Part shown: positions 36,801 to 50,351 of the stretch, piece after piece
Layout: each line of letters opens with the position of its first letter
How positions within the stretch are numbered: the stretch's first letter is position 1
NCBI RefSeq assembly: GCF_006345805.1
Contig: NC_043006.1
Span: 103,044,001 to 103,108,000, forward strand
DNA: 64,000 bases
Direction: 5' to 3'
Source of the DNA: Octopus sinensis
Taxonomy: Eukaryota
Program-made: the position numbers and the translations under genes
Notes under the pieces: generated by a model
Seen by the model: only the letters and a program-made list of their open reading frames with translations
What the model was told of the DNA's origin: nothing
Databases searched by the model: none

Positions 36801-38514
36801 TATCATTTGATTAATTTTACCCCTCGGCAATAGCATCTGTTCGTCTGAACTAGGAATCTGCGTATCGCAAACTTAAAGTCCGTCTGCTGAGCTTCAGTTT
36901 CCTAGGTATCGCTACTTAGTCTATAAATGTGACCATAGACTTTCAGAACAAAAACTGAATATACTTTATTTAGGTCTACATTATTTAGTATGACCTTTGT
37001 CATGTGAAGAAAGCAGAGTATGATTCAATGACAACATAGCTGCTATTTATTAGTAGGTCAAAGTTCAACATGGACTTGCCGCTCCTAATTTGTAACAGCC
37101 TGTGTAAGTCATGTTGGACACGGAAAATATCTAATCTACGCACGCGTGCGTAGACACACACATACATGAACACACACACAAACACACAATACACACACAC
37201 ACACATATAATTCTCTTTCTCTTTTATCCTTTTACTTGTTTCTGTCATTAGACTGTGGCCATGCTGGGGCACCGTCTTAAAGAAATTTTAGTCAAATGGA
37301 TCGACCCCCGTACTTATTTTTGTTAAGCTGGTAATTATTCTATCGGTTTCTTTTGCCGAATTGCTTATTTATGGGGTTTAAACACCGGTTGCCAGGCGGA
37401 GGTGGGTGTCAAACATAGACACGAACACACAAACACACATCCCCCCACATATATACATGCACATATATACGATGTGTTTCTTTCAGTTTCCGTCCACGAA
37501 ATCCACTCACAAGTTGTACCTGTGCAGGTAATGTCGATCTGATGGAGGGACTGAGTTTATGTCTACACAACTATTTGATCAATATAAACAAATCATGTGT
37601 GGTGGTTGTTCGGAATGAGGTACAGGTTAACGCATAGAAGGTTCGATCAGAATGTGCAGAGAGCTGAGTAGGAGGGGGAGGATATAGATGTAGAGAGAAA
37701 CTGGAATTAAAAGAAGGAAAAAGAAAAATCAACATAAGAGAGTGAGAAGAAAGAGCAATTTAAGCAAGTTAGTGTTTCGACCGAATCACAGAATTTAGCA
37801 AGGGGAGTAGTTTTGGGAAGAAAAGATAATGTGGAGAGGAGAGAGTTGGGAAATATTTTAGGACAAGGAGGAGAAAATGCTATGCATGAAGAAAGCACGA
37901 TAGAATATGCAAGGAAGTTGGCGGCTTCTACTAGCAATCATATTTTAAGGAGAGTGAATTGTGTATGGTGAGCGTGTTTACAGGATGATGTAGTAGAGGT
38001 GTATGTTGGCGTGTGTATTTGTAAATTTACAAGGGGGAGTAGGGGGCGGAGGCAGGTGAAATAAGAGGAATAAGTTTCATATTGTCATAAGAAATGACAA
38101 TAAGGAATTAAAGGGAAGAATAAGAGAAAAAAGATTTTATAAATGGTAAGGAAAGATACAGAGAAAAGTATGTAAATGACAAAAGGGAATTAAAGGGAAG
38201 ATATATTGCTCGTTTAATATAAATTGATAGTGAGGAAAAATAGGAGGGAAAATTTATGAAGGTTGGGGGAGAAAGGTGGTGTGGTGTTGTTGTTGTTATT
38301 TGTTTTTAGAAAATAGATTTAGTGGTCGATGTTCGCAGGTAAAAGTTATACTACTGCCTTCATTAAGACAATCCGTGGATTGCAAAATAGCTAAGACTTC
38401 AGCTATGCAGAGATCACACTTGTTATAGCTGATTATGGACCACTTGAGAGGGTAAGGTGAATTGTTTCATTCACAAGACCAGCAAAGTTCGTGGGGAGCT
38501 CACAGCCTTGAGAT

Positions 38515-39510
38515 AGACTAATATTAAAAACTGAACTCAATGCTAAAAATATGAAAGCAATAATAAACTGGAACAATAGGGAATTAAGAAACTTAGAAAA
38601 ACTAGGAAAATATTAACGGTTTACCACACTCACTATTCCAGAATAGACGGAATATATCTACCCCATTCAGAAGGCAGACATGACCTGACACAGATAGAGA
38701 ACTGTTATAGAGTATAACGACTATCTGACTAGAAATTACTTAGAAATAAATAGAAGGAATCTACCACATGTAATAAAACAATAAAATAAATCGCTTTCCT
38801 CTATGAACAAGATAAAATACAGAATAGAAACAAACTACATTGAAACACTGACCTCACTGGCAACACAGTGCAAATGATAAGAGATACGAAAAATAATATA
38901 AAAACATAACTACAAAAGACTAAAGAAGAAATGGAGAGAAAATCACTACTGGATCAATACTCTGCAAGGCTTGACAGACATATGAGCCTAAATAAAAACC
39001 AACAATGACTCAAATTTCTGGACTAAAAGCAGAAACGGAAAGGACTGATTCTCCGTGCATATAACGAATGCCTGACCACAAGCAACTATGAAAGCAAAAT
39101 AATGAAAACAGGCCCTAACACGAAATACAAAATATGCAGTCAGCACCAGGAGACAGTTGATCATATCATCTCCGGCTGACAATTTCGAACCAAATCTGAA
39201 TATATGCACAGGCACAACCGAATAAAAAGTTATATCCACTGGGAAATACGTTGACACTACAACATAAAAATCAAACAAAAAATGGTATAAACATTTTTCA
39301 AACAAAGTACATGACGATCATCCGGGAAAATGTCTGTTCAAACCGACGATAAAATATCGAAGCTAATCGGCCAGACATAATAATCAAGGACAAGAGTAGA
39401 AAGAAAAGAAATAGCAGTGTGTTACAACGACTTGAAATATGAAATCCTCAAGTGCTAAGATCAAAGAAATTATCTAGGTTGTAACTTCGTGATTTATCAT
39501 TGGAGCCCTG
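38515..39510 (+). mobile_element. Highly degenerate R4/Dong-like LINE relic
   Basis: ILKTELNAKN...IINWNNREL, SGLKAET-like, CSQHQETVDHIISG and ANRPDIIIKDK motifs, collinear with the copy at 4691-6075. Ends in an ATC/AAT/GAT triplet tract. Confidence 0.75.
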
Positions 39511-39515
39511 TCGTC

Positions 39516-39571
<56 letters not shown>

Positions 39572-39577
39572 AATCGC

Positions 39578-39649
<72 letters not shown>

Positions 39650-39927
39650 AATCCTTTCTACTAAAGGCACGAGACCTGAAATTTGGTGGGGACGGGATAG
39701 TCGATTACATCGACCCCAGGGCTCAGCTGATATTTCTCTTATCGACCAGGAATAAAAGAACGGCTAAGTCAACCTCGGCGTATGTTGAATCATAAGAACA
39801 ATAACGACGACACAGCAAAACAATAAAACTGTAATAAGAAACAGAAACCTGAACGAGTCAACGGAAAAACTTTTATGGGGATATTTCTTGACCTGTTAGC
39901 CATGACATCGAACTGTCTCTTGAAATA

Positions 39928-40862
39928 TGGGGGTAGGCTGAAAAGTTCATCGGCTGCCTATGAAGAGGGGTGATGCTTCGCATACATCTCTTTCAACTCT
40001 TCTCATAAATAACGGAATTGTTTCCAGGTAAAGTGATGTCTGATGCTCAAAGAAAACTTAAAAAGTAACTAGTAGCGACTTCTCTTGAAAATGGACAAAT
40101 TGGCATCGTCATGTTATGAAGTACCTGCAGGAAAAGGGTATAACCCCGAAGGACATTCATGCTGACATGCTTGCTAAATTATAGGATGATGCTTCAGCTT
40201 TATCAAGAGTGCAAAAGTAGGCAGCTGAATTTAATAGGGGAGAGTCTAGAATATTGCCCAAAGTCTTGAAGTCCTGAAACTGCCACCACTGAGAAACACA
40301 TTGATCATGTTCACCACATGGTGATGGATGAGAGGCGATTGATTATAAAGCAAATAGGCAATGCTCTTCGCATATCTGGGAATATTCTGCATAATGAACT
40401 TGGCATGATCAAAAGCGCACCAGGCTGATTTCACCACGGGAAAAATGTGACAATGTTTTAAGGAGATCCAGCTGGTTTCTTTGAATGTTTCCTAAGTCAG
40501 GATGGGAGTTAGTTTCATTGCTTTGAGTCAGAGAGAAAGAAACTATCCATGCAGTGCAAACACTCCTCTTCACCTGCTCCAAAGAAGTCCACGGCCGTTT
40601 CATGAAGAGTACTATGTCAACCTGCTGAGGCAGTTATCAAAGGCTATCAAGACAAAACGCCCTGGAGAACAGTCAAAAAGGGGTCTTGTTTCATCAAGAC
40701 AATGCTCTTCAAAGAGTAAAAGAGTAAAAGAATGAGATCCAAGCACTGCAACTCCGACGGAAGAAGTGTGTAGAGCTCAAGTGGGATTATGTCGAAGAAT
40801 AAACCTTATTTTGTTACATTGCATGAGAGTATCATGGTCGGCCTATGAACTTTTCAACCGAA
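39928..40862 (+). mobile_element. Internally deleted mariner element
   Basis: TIR remnants GGCTGAAAAGTTCATCGGCTG / CGGCCTATGAACTTTTCAACCG. Decayed HTH region (KYLQEKGITPKDIHADM...NILHNELGM) and HQDNA-like motif. Confidence 0.72.
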
Positions 40863-41029
40863 AATCGGCTTTCTAAAATAATAGAAGGGGAGAAAGGACT
40901 TGGATCATTTAGTCTGGGAGACCCACCAAACTGCAGGGGTGTCACATCTGAAGATTTTTTGAAGACAGGTCTGCTCAAACATTGCGGTCCTGAAGTTAAA
41001 CAACAACAAGAACAACAACAACAACAACA

Positions 41030-41094
<65 letters not shown>

Positions 41095-41490
41095 CGAAGT
41101 AGCAACAACAACAACGGCAGCGACAACAATCACAACAAAACAATAGCAATGACGACTGTAACTTAAATGCAAATCTAAAAAATAACCTCCATTTTGTGAC
41201 CTACATATTTGGTAATATGAAGAAATATATGTAGCTATGAGTGTGCACTTGTATGTATGTATGCATGTATGTATTTATGCATATCTATATACATATAAAT
41301 TACACGCATTTATATACATTTACACATAAACATACACTTACATACATACATACCTATATATCTATAGACACACACCCATGTTTATATAAGAAAAGATAAA
41401 TAATAAATAAATAAATAAGCTAATAGTTGACGCCATGAAGCTGTCCGCCATCTCATCTGTTATATTCTTTTACGAGCTTATCTTTTATAA

Positions 41491-41541
41491 GACAAAAATG
41501 TTTCGATGAAATTTATTACTATCAGTCCTTCATCTCTTCAG
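41491..41541 (-). ncRNA. Hammerhead-like motif, family D (stem I not formed)
   Basis: Minus strand: CTGAAGA-GATGAA(18 nt)TTCATC-GAAA-CA(TTTT)TGT-C. Core, 6-bp stem II, stem III and GUC are present, but the flanks do not pair. Confidence 0.45.
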
Positions 41542-41992
41542 ACGCACGTTTTAACTGGAGGCAGTATGCTTATTATTCGTTTAGAGAAACGTGACGCGAA
41601 GTTGGGTGGAAGTGGAATTCAATGTTTTCGCCACCGAGGTTAAATTTACGATTTGCAGACAACTATGGTTGTCTAAAAGCGGGAATGCCTTGATTTGGAT
41701 ATGGGGTAAATTTGCAAAAAAATTTTGTTTCATTTCTTTAGCTAATTAATATACAGTCGTTTGGAGTGTAGATTTTGCTGCAGAACAAAACATAAATAAT
41801 AAAATGAAAGCGATTTTCGTGCAATTTCATTTCATTCGGACTCCTGACAGCCATGGGAGTGCTTGGATATATTACAGTTTCACACGCACTTTCTCTAAAT
41901 ATAATGTAATTAAACATAAATATACTCACGAACTGTATGAGAATGAGTAACGCGAATGTTTAATCCATTGTTAAGTACTTTGTACAATTGTG

Positions 41993-42365
41993 GCGGCGCA
42001 ATGGCCCAGTGGTTATGGCAGCTGACACGCGGTCATATGATCGCGGTTTCGATTCCGAGCCTGGGCGTTGTGAGTATTTATTGAGCGAAAACACCTAAAT
42101 CTCCACGAGGCTCCGCCAGGGCGTGGTGGCGAACCATGCTGTACTCTTTCACTACAACTTTCTCTCACTCTTTCTTCCTGTTTCTCTTGTACCTGTATTT
42201 CAAATGGCCAGCCTTGTCGCACACTGTGTTACACCGAATCTCCCCGAGAACTATGTTAAGTGTACACGTGTCTGTGGAGTGCTCAGCCACTTATATGTTA
42301 ATTTCACGAGCAAGGCTGTTCTTTTGATCGTATCAACTGGAACCCTCGTCGTCGTAACAGACAGA
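41993..42365 (+). mobile_element. SINE family 3, near full length
   Basis: Head GGCGCAATGGCCCAGTGGTT...GGTTTCGATTCC and the 3' body shared with 32760-33050 and 50655-50960. Further copy at 45318-45615. Confidence 0.8.
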
Positions 42366-43505
42366 GTGCCACAACACTTTGTACAATTGTTAATCCACTG
42401 CCTTTAGAGACTTCCTGGCATTAATGACAAATCTGTAACTTGCTTTACAACATTTGGAAACCAAATATTCGAAAGTCAACAATGCTGTCTTTCTGTAGTG
42501 AGAATATTCTTCTTTAAGATGCCAAAACTTGGGTGATGAAGAAGGAGCTTCAAATTCGCCACGATGCTGCATAACAGGCTTTTCATGGGATCATAGTACC
42601 AGAAGATATTGCGTCGTAAGTACACTACCAAAGTGATTTCTGAACGTATTTCACTTAACTCTACTAATATCCTGCTCAACGCATGATAATCTTTGATGGC
42701 AACTGATATCGTACTGAATATCAGGACATGTTTATTTTGCAGACTTTCCTTCCCTTATAGAGAATGAAGAATTCTTGGATACTTTGATGTAATTGGCAGA
42801 GACACAATATTTCAAAGACCACAATGTTGTACTTCTGTTGTGAGAACATTCTGTGAAATTCGAAAATTTGGGTAATGGAGAATAAGCTGTATACCATGGC
42901 TTCTCATTCGATACCAGAAGGTATTTTGCTGTGAAAACAATACCAATGTGATTCGAGGTACACATGTCACTTACCTCAATGTAGGATAGCCTTTACCGAC
43001 CACTGCTATCGTGCTGAATAACAGGGCATGTTGAAGGTATTATTTTGGAGACTCTCTTCCCCAATAAGAAAAGAAGACCATTCAATTGTTGTGATGTAAC
43101 TGGTAGAAAAACACAATATGAAATTAATGGCTTCCTGGTCAATGGATGGTGACGGGGGAGGGTTTAGGGCAATGGTTCCCAAACTTTTCACTACTAAGGA
43201 CTCCTTTAATTTAAATGAGTTTTCCCACAGACCCCAGGATATTGAGAGGTCTGTCAGTGAATTTAGCTCACTTTCTTTGCGGATTTTCTAGAGGTTCGCG
43301 GACCATAGGTTGGGAATCACTGGTTTAGAGTATAGAGTATACCAGACTTTGAATTATCTGTAAAGCATACAGGATCGACCTCCTACAAAGTAGTGATGTT
43401 TTAGGAACCTAAGTAATCTATCCACCATAAGTGGAGAAAGTAAACAGAGACGCGCACGTATACTACATGCTTAATATGAAAATCTATTCATTTGCATGTG
43501 TGAGT

Positions 43506-43539
<34 letters not shown>

Positions 43540-45815
43540 ATATTCACGCACAATAAACTTACACATGCTTACACATGCAGCAACTCGTACAGTACGTAGA
43601 CAAGTTTTATGCAGTTTATGCATCATATTTTAAGTATGGTTTACTTCTTCCCACGCCTTGGAAGAATAACTGCTGTTGTTGCTGTTGTTGCTCTTCCTTG
43701 TCAAGACACGACATGAGTCACAAAGAATAATCTCTAATTCGAGCCTACTTTAAGCTATTAAGAATGCGCGTGCCAACGTGAAGATCCACCCACCACACGC
43801 GGTAGATTGGCGGTTGCACGGGTGCGAAAGCTACGTTGTTATCATCATTCCGTAAACGGCAGCTTTTTAACGGCTGGAGAGCTGAACCATCCTGGGGTAC
43901 AGAGGATTCGCAATCTAGACTAGGGTCTGAAAGTTGCCCACACCACAGTGGGTTACATCATGGTTCCTCTGCTTTGTGGCCGAAGTAGGAAGAAAGAGTG
44001 AGAGAAAGTTTTAGGTGAAAGAGTACAGCGGGGTTCACCACCCCTCCCCACCGGAGACTCGTGGAGCTTAGGTGTTTTGCTCAATAAACACTCACAATGC
44101 CCGGTCTGGGAATCGAAACAGCGTTCTTAAGACCGCGAGTCCGCTTCCCTAACCACTAGGCCATTGCGCCTCCACACTGCTGTTGTTACTGTTGTTGTTC
44201 TTCTTCTTGAGGCGGCATTCTGGCAGATTCATTACTGCGCCTCCACACTGCTGTTGTTACTGTTGTTGTTGTTCTTCTTCTTGAGGCGGCAAGCTGACAG
44301 ATTCGTTGCTGCGCCGCGCAAACTTCGTTAGCGGCATTTTGTCATTCTTTACGTTCTGAATTCAGAACAGACCAAACTGGACAGCAGCAAGCGTTAAACA
44401 AAACAGTATTTAAAGTTAGATACGTCACTTAGCGGTTCGGCAAAAGAGACCGATAGAATAAGTACTGGGCTTACAAAGAATAAGTCCCGGGGTCGATTTG
44501 CTCGACTAAAAGGCAGTGTTCCAGCATGGCCGCAGTCAAATTACTGAAACAAGTAAAAGAGTAAAAGAGTAAAGAGTATACGCGTTCTACGGAATTCGCT
44601 ACTATTGCTCTTATGATAGGAATTCCTAACATAAACATAACACAATAAATGCTAAAAGAGGATATAAAAGATTTGATCTACCCCTGAGTATGACTGATAG
44701 ATATTTGTATCGATACTGGAAAGATAAAAGTACAAATCAATTTAAATGACCTTAACCTCACGATTCCACTCTTTCCTCCGTTTTATTCTACTTTTCGCAA
44801 TTTAGAAATCGTTAAGATTAAATTATTAAATTTGAAAGAAAGTCAAGTTGAAATTTTCATCTTTCACACATAAAACTTTGTCTTATTAATTATCATTTAA
44901 TTAAAACTTTATTTAAAGCTATTAATTATTTTGATTCAATTAAATATATCAAAGAATTTAGAAATATTTAATGTAACTTAAAAAGGAAACTTTCGCACAT
45001 TTTTCCCTAATGTGCGAGTATGTGTGCGTGTATACACACACACACACACATACACACACACACAAACACACACATAAGCACGCATACACACACACGCACA
45101 CTCAAAGATATATACTTGAAAAGTTACGAAACATCGTAGATTGAATGGTTTAATCAATTCAGGACATACAGCTTTATTCGTTGGCTAAAATGTTATTTTG
45201 GTATTAACCCCGCACCCAACTGCGAGTATGCAGTCCCGACTAACGAAAGCTAGAGATATTTCTTCCAAATGTGGGCTAAACCTTGCTTTCTAAATTTTAG
45301 ATTATATATAGCACACATGTGGAGGCGCAATGGCCCAGGGGTTAGGGCAGCGGACTCGCGGTTTCGATTCCCAGACCGGGCGTTGTGTGTGTTTATTGAG
45401 CGAAGACACCTAAAGCTCCACGAAGCTCCGGCAGGGGGTGGTGGCGATCCCTGCTGTACTCTTTCGCCGCAACTTTCTCTCACTCTTTCTTCTGTTGGCC
45501 TGCTCGCTTAGCCAGCGGGGTGGCGTCATTTGAAGGCTAAAACAATGCGAAGCGCATTGTTACCAGCGATGCGTAGCAATATCTGATAGTCTGGTCGGTC
45601 ACGGTGATCACGGTGATATAGCACACATACACACACTTACACAGATACAAACACATGTATATACTTATGTACACACACATACACACATATAACAATATTT
45701 ATCACCAGATGTGTCCAGTTGTTAAGTGTCTCACCCGTGGGGGATCGAAGCTGCATGTGTCGTGATTAATAATAAAAATTCCCAACTATTTCATCTTTCG
45801 CCTTTCATCTACTAT

Positions 45816-45900
<85 letters not shown>

Positions 45901-45919
45901 TTTAAAAATATAAGTTTAT

Positions 45920-46170
45920 GAAAGAGTGGAGTTGAACGACTTGTTAAAAAATTTCCTTTATTTTCGACATATGTTTCGAAGGCTGCATATTCCTAATTCC
46001 GAAGGAATAAGGAGTACATTATGCAGATTTCTCATCAGGAAAGGCAAGGAACTTATGTCGACATCAAAATGCACAAAAAAACTTTTAGCTGACTGCTCTC
46101 AAGGAGCCCATGGCGATAATGAGTCTTTCGAATTATCCTTAATAAGATAATTCATTCAACTACTCAAATA
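45920..46170 (-). mobile_element. HHR-bearing unit, family B (single copy between TA tracts)
   Basis: Homologous to the arms of 15768-16211. The terminal mini-hairpin GAATTATCCTTAATAAGATAATTC also occurs in fragments near 15650 and 23830. Confidence 0.72.
45962..46042 (-). ncRNA. Type-I hammerhead ribozyme, family B, fully canonical
   Basis: Minus strand: TTTC-CTGATGA-GAAATCTGCATA...TATGCAGCCTTC-GAAA-CATATGT-C-GAAA. Intact core, 4-bp stem I, 10/12-bp stem II, palindromic stem III ACATATGT, GUC triplet. Predicted cut between 45966 and 45965. Confidence 0.8.
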
Positions 46171-46189
46171 TATATATATATAATATATA

Positions 46190-46242
<53 letters not shown>

Positions 46243-47222
46243 CCTATCTCTTATTCTTTTACTTGTTTCAGTCATAAGAAACTGAGTATCACATTGAAGA
46301 ATTTTAATCGGGTGGATCGACCCAATGCTGTTTTTTAAAATCTGGTACTTATTCTTTGCCGAACTGCTAGGTTAGGGGTACGGAAGCACACCAACATCAG
46401 TCGTCAAGTGGTGGTGGGGGACAAACTCATACACAAAGACACTCCCCATCATATTAAAAAATATATATATATTCTTTTTTCATTTACTTGTTTCAGTCAT
46501 TCGACTGTTACCATACTGGAGCACCGCCTTTAGTATACAAGATATTAGACTGGGACAGGGGTTGGAGGGAGAGCAATGTTGGGTAGAATTGTGGAGTATG
46601 GGTTGAGTTGTGGGGGTACCGTGAATGGCAGATTGTTGGGGGACATGAATTTAAACTCATGTTGCCATTTGCATGTATGTGTGAGTATGTGCGCGTGTCT
46701 ATTAATATCACACGTGAAAAATGTTATAGTTATTCCTCAAATTGCAAAAATGATAAACACCTATAGGGAAATTCAACGTTTATATTTACAGTGCAGTCGG
46801 CCAGTTTTCTAAGGTACACCTGCGCTAACAAGGGCTGGGGCATTTACTTTGTACCCAATATCAAATATCTTCTCTATGAAGCGTCGTCAATAACCTCCAG
46901 CAGAGAGTATTTCCTGAAGGTGATCCTAATACTCCGACATAGCTCAGAATTATAGGGTCAGTTCGTTACTGAGAATTGAAAATCAGGCCAAAATACTGTT
47001 GTCTGATGATTTGCTGACGTTATTCTACGCAACTTCTCTATCTTTAGTACACAAAGTTTCTGCAGGCATATTCCTCTGGGACAAAATATTTACTCCTCAC
47101 AACTGTAAGGTGATGCATTCATTCCCGAAAATTGAGTTATTGTCATCCTTGAGCAATACGATTCATTTGACTTTGCACCTGAAAATCGATTCTACCCGAC
47201 TGTTGTTGCAGCCTCCTCTCTC

Positions 47223-47256
<34 letters not shown>

Positions 47257-47859
47257 GCTTTTATACCCACAATATTCCCCTTTGGCAATAGCAGAAGAGC
47301 CGAGTTGGTTGGCTCAAGTCTGTTCGCTACTGCATAAGCACCCTAGAAAAGCGAAATTGTGGTACATGGCACCAAGTTATATTAGTGTGCGAGTGAGGTC
47401 TATGGATACATACACGCTTGCACTCACGAACACTGATACGCACACACACAAGCACACATATACTATTCACACACACACAGGCGAACACACGCAGACTCAT
47501 CTCTATATTTATTTACATTATTTATTAACACAACCAGCTGTGGAGTAGGTATTCATACAACGTATCAAATTTGACTTCGTTTAGATTAGCGAGGTATATG
47601 GTTACGGCATGTGATATAATAAATATTTACATTAACTAGTACTAATGAAATAGTGTGTGAGTGGTTGATAGAATATATCAACACCTTCACAAAATATTTG
47701 GAGATAATATGTAACAAATTACACGCACACACATTATGTATATACTCATATATAGTGTATATATCAAATATATATTATATACCTTTAGACTCATACATAC
47801 GTAGATTACCATATATATGCGTGTGTGTTTGCCGGTATGTATATATATATATATATATG

Positions 47860-47948
<89 letters not shown>

Positions 47949-48055
47949 TTGCAATTTTTGCAACTTGTAATAAAGCCTGTCTTTGTATGAAACAATTGTA
48001 CTAAAAACCAATCCATTCTTGTTGCTTCTTTCTCGTATATATATATATATAATAT

Positions 48056-48117
<62 letters not shown>

Positions 48118-48119
48118 AA

Positions 48120-48330
48120 GGGTGTGAGGAGCTGGCAGAATCGTCGGCACGCTGGACGAAATGCTTAGCAGTATTTCGCCTGTTGTTACGTTCTGAGTTC
48201 AAATTCCGCAGAGGTCGACTTTGCATTTCATCCTTTCGGGGTCGATAAAGTAAGTGCCACTGAAACTCTGGGGGTCTATGTAATCGTCTAGTCCCCTCCT
48301 CCAGAAATTCAGGCATTGTCTATAATAGTA
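48120..48330 (+). mobile_element. SINE family 1
   Basis: GAGCTGGCAGAATCG...GAGTTCAAATTCC...CATCCTTTCGGGGTCGATAAA. Confidence 0.82.
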
Positions 48331-48331
48331 A

Positions 48332-48370
<39 letters not shown>

Positions 48371-48554
48371 TATAGTAGCGGGCCTCCCGACCTTCGGCCC
48401 GGTCTGTACAGTGTTGGAATGATTCATAAGGCACATATTGACATCTGTCGTAATGTCCATTTTTCTTACAAAAAAGTTGTTAAAATGTATTTAGAGATTG
48501 CATAACATCATTTTATAAATATATTTAGGACACCTAAACACAGAAAGTAATATA

Positions 48555-49868
48555 TTCGGTTGGCAACTAAGTTCCCACCGTTTTTTTTAATTTGAATTTT
48601 TTAAAGGTTTAATGAAAAATAACAACTAATTAGTCAATAATGTATTCACCCTTGTTGTTTACAACTTCTTCCCAACGTTCAACAAGATTTTTAATACCTT
48701 GTTGGTAGAAATCACACGATTTCAACTCGATAAATTGATCCGACCAAGCTCTCAATTCTGCGAAACTCCGCGCATAGCATTTGAAAGAGATCGAAAGAGG
48801 TAGAAATCCGTTGGTGCCAAATCAGGAGAGTACGGCGGGTGTGGCAGCACTTCCCAGCCATGCGTTTGAATGTCTTTCTAGGTCATAATGGCGATATGAG
48901 GGCGGGCGTTGTCGTGCAGCAGAAGATCTCTATGCTTCGCTTAGGTCTTTTCTCTTGAATAGCCGTGTTGAGTTGTTCTATCTGTTGAACATAGAGTTCC
49001 GCGTTGACCGTTTGGTTCCGTTCAGGCAATTTGTAATGGATAATCCCTTCCCAGACTCACCTTATGCACAACATCATTTTACGCGGATGAAGATTTTGTG
49101 TCACCCACGATGTCGCTTGTTTAACGGGGCTAAGCCTCTCCTTACAAGCTTCATATTGATATACAGGCACCATTTTCCGTCGCCAGTAACAATTCGGCGA
49201 ATCACATTGAATCATGGTGAATCACAACTCATGGACACATTGCTTGTGTCCATGAGTTGAGGGGTGACGAGCAAGCAAAACAGCGGAGATTATGGCTCGT
49301 TGATTTTTGTTGTTGTCACTTAAAGCATGCGGAACTCATGCTCCATAATTCTGAACCTTTCCTATCGAGTGAAGATGCTTCTCTATAGCAGTGTTGGAGC
49401 ATTCCATTTTCTTTGCTAGTTCCCTTGTCGTTTGACGAGAATTTTCGGGAAAAAGTTGGTTTAATCGCTCTTCATCGAACTCAACTGGACGGCCAGAACG
49501 AGGTGCGAATTTGGGGTCAAAATTTCCATTTTTGAACTTGGCATACCAATTACGAGAGGTTTTTTCAGCTATGGCACCCTCACCATACACAGCACAAATG
49601 TTGCGAGCAGTTTTTGCGGCCTTAGAATCTTGGCCAAAAGCAAAAAGAAGGAGTTGTCGAAAATGATCGCTTTTCTTAACTTGATATTCCATTTTAATGA
49701 TCTGAAAATAAACAAAAATTAACTAAACTTAACTAGAAAAAAAAAAAAAAATTCCAAAATGATACAAAAATTGAATTCTCGAAATACAAGAAAATAGATT
49801 CCAAAATTTAAAAACGCAATAAATTCCAAAATTTTATAAAAACGGCGAGAACTTAGTTGCCAACCCAA
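48555..49868 (-). mobile_element. Full-length (1314 bp) mariner DD34D element, inactive
   Basis: ~31-bp TIRs (TTCGGTTGGCAACTAAGTTCCCACCGTTTTT vs TTGGGTTGGCAACTAAGTTCTCGCCGTTTTT) with TA on both sides. HTH ORF 49336-49692. HDNARPH...HPPYSPDLAPTD has 34 residues between the aspartates. Stops and frameshifts. Confidence 0.92.
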
Positions 49869-50252
49869 TAGATAATAATAGAGAAAGTATTGTACGAAGA
49901 TCATAAAGTATTTACAGAACTTCGGTTTTTTACCTTCTTTTTCTTTAGAGCCCACTCTGAACAACCTACATGCGACTGACTATGAGAGAAATAGAACTCT
50001 TTTATGTGGAGACCGACAATCTGCAGTGTTTACCCTTGGGACTAGTTAATGTTCGATGCGTAACTGACTCTCGCTGGCAATTACAATCGTTTGAAACGAA
50101 GGGGGACATCTGTTGGTGTTAGTGGTACTCTAAGTATAAATATAATGCCTCCCTTACCACATCCAGTGAGGATCTTTGCTTCGATAATGGTTAAATTAAT
50201 TGAAATGAGTCGAAAAACCTGAACTGTTATCAATTTGTTTTATTGTTTTCAG

Positions 50253-50351
50253 TGGTCAACGTGCAAAGAAACAAACTTTGCTTTTATATTAAATGTTTTC
50301 AAAGGTCAACCTACAACGAAAGAAAAAATGTATAGACATTACGGTGAAATA
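50253..50351 (+). CDS. Candidate internal coding exon (WSTCKETNFAFILNVFKGQPTTKEKMYRHYGEI), product unknown
   Basis: Strong acceptor TTTGTTTTATTGTTTTCAG, donor ATA|GTGAGT, 99 nt, phase 0/0, only one frame open. It overlaps a weak internal direct repeat, which argues against coding. Confidence 0.25.

Noticed and set aside
45232-45256. CCGACTAACGAAAGCTAGAG as an ultra-minimal hammerhead
   Set aside because: G8 is missing, there is no stem II, and stem I has only 2 bp.
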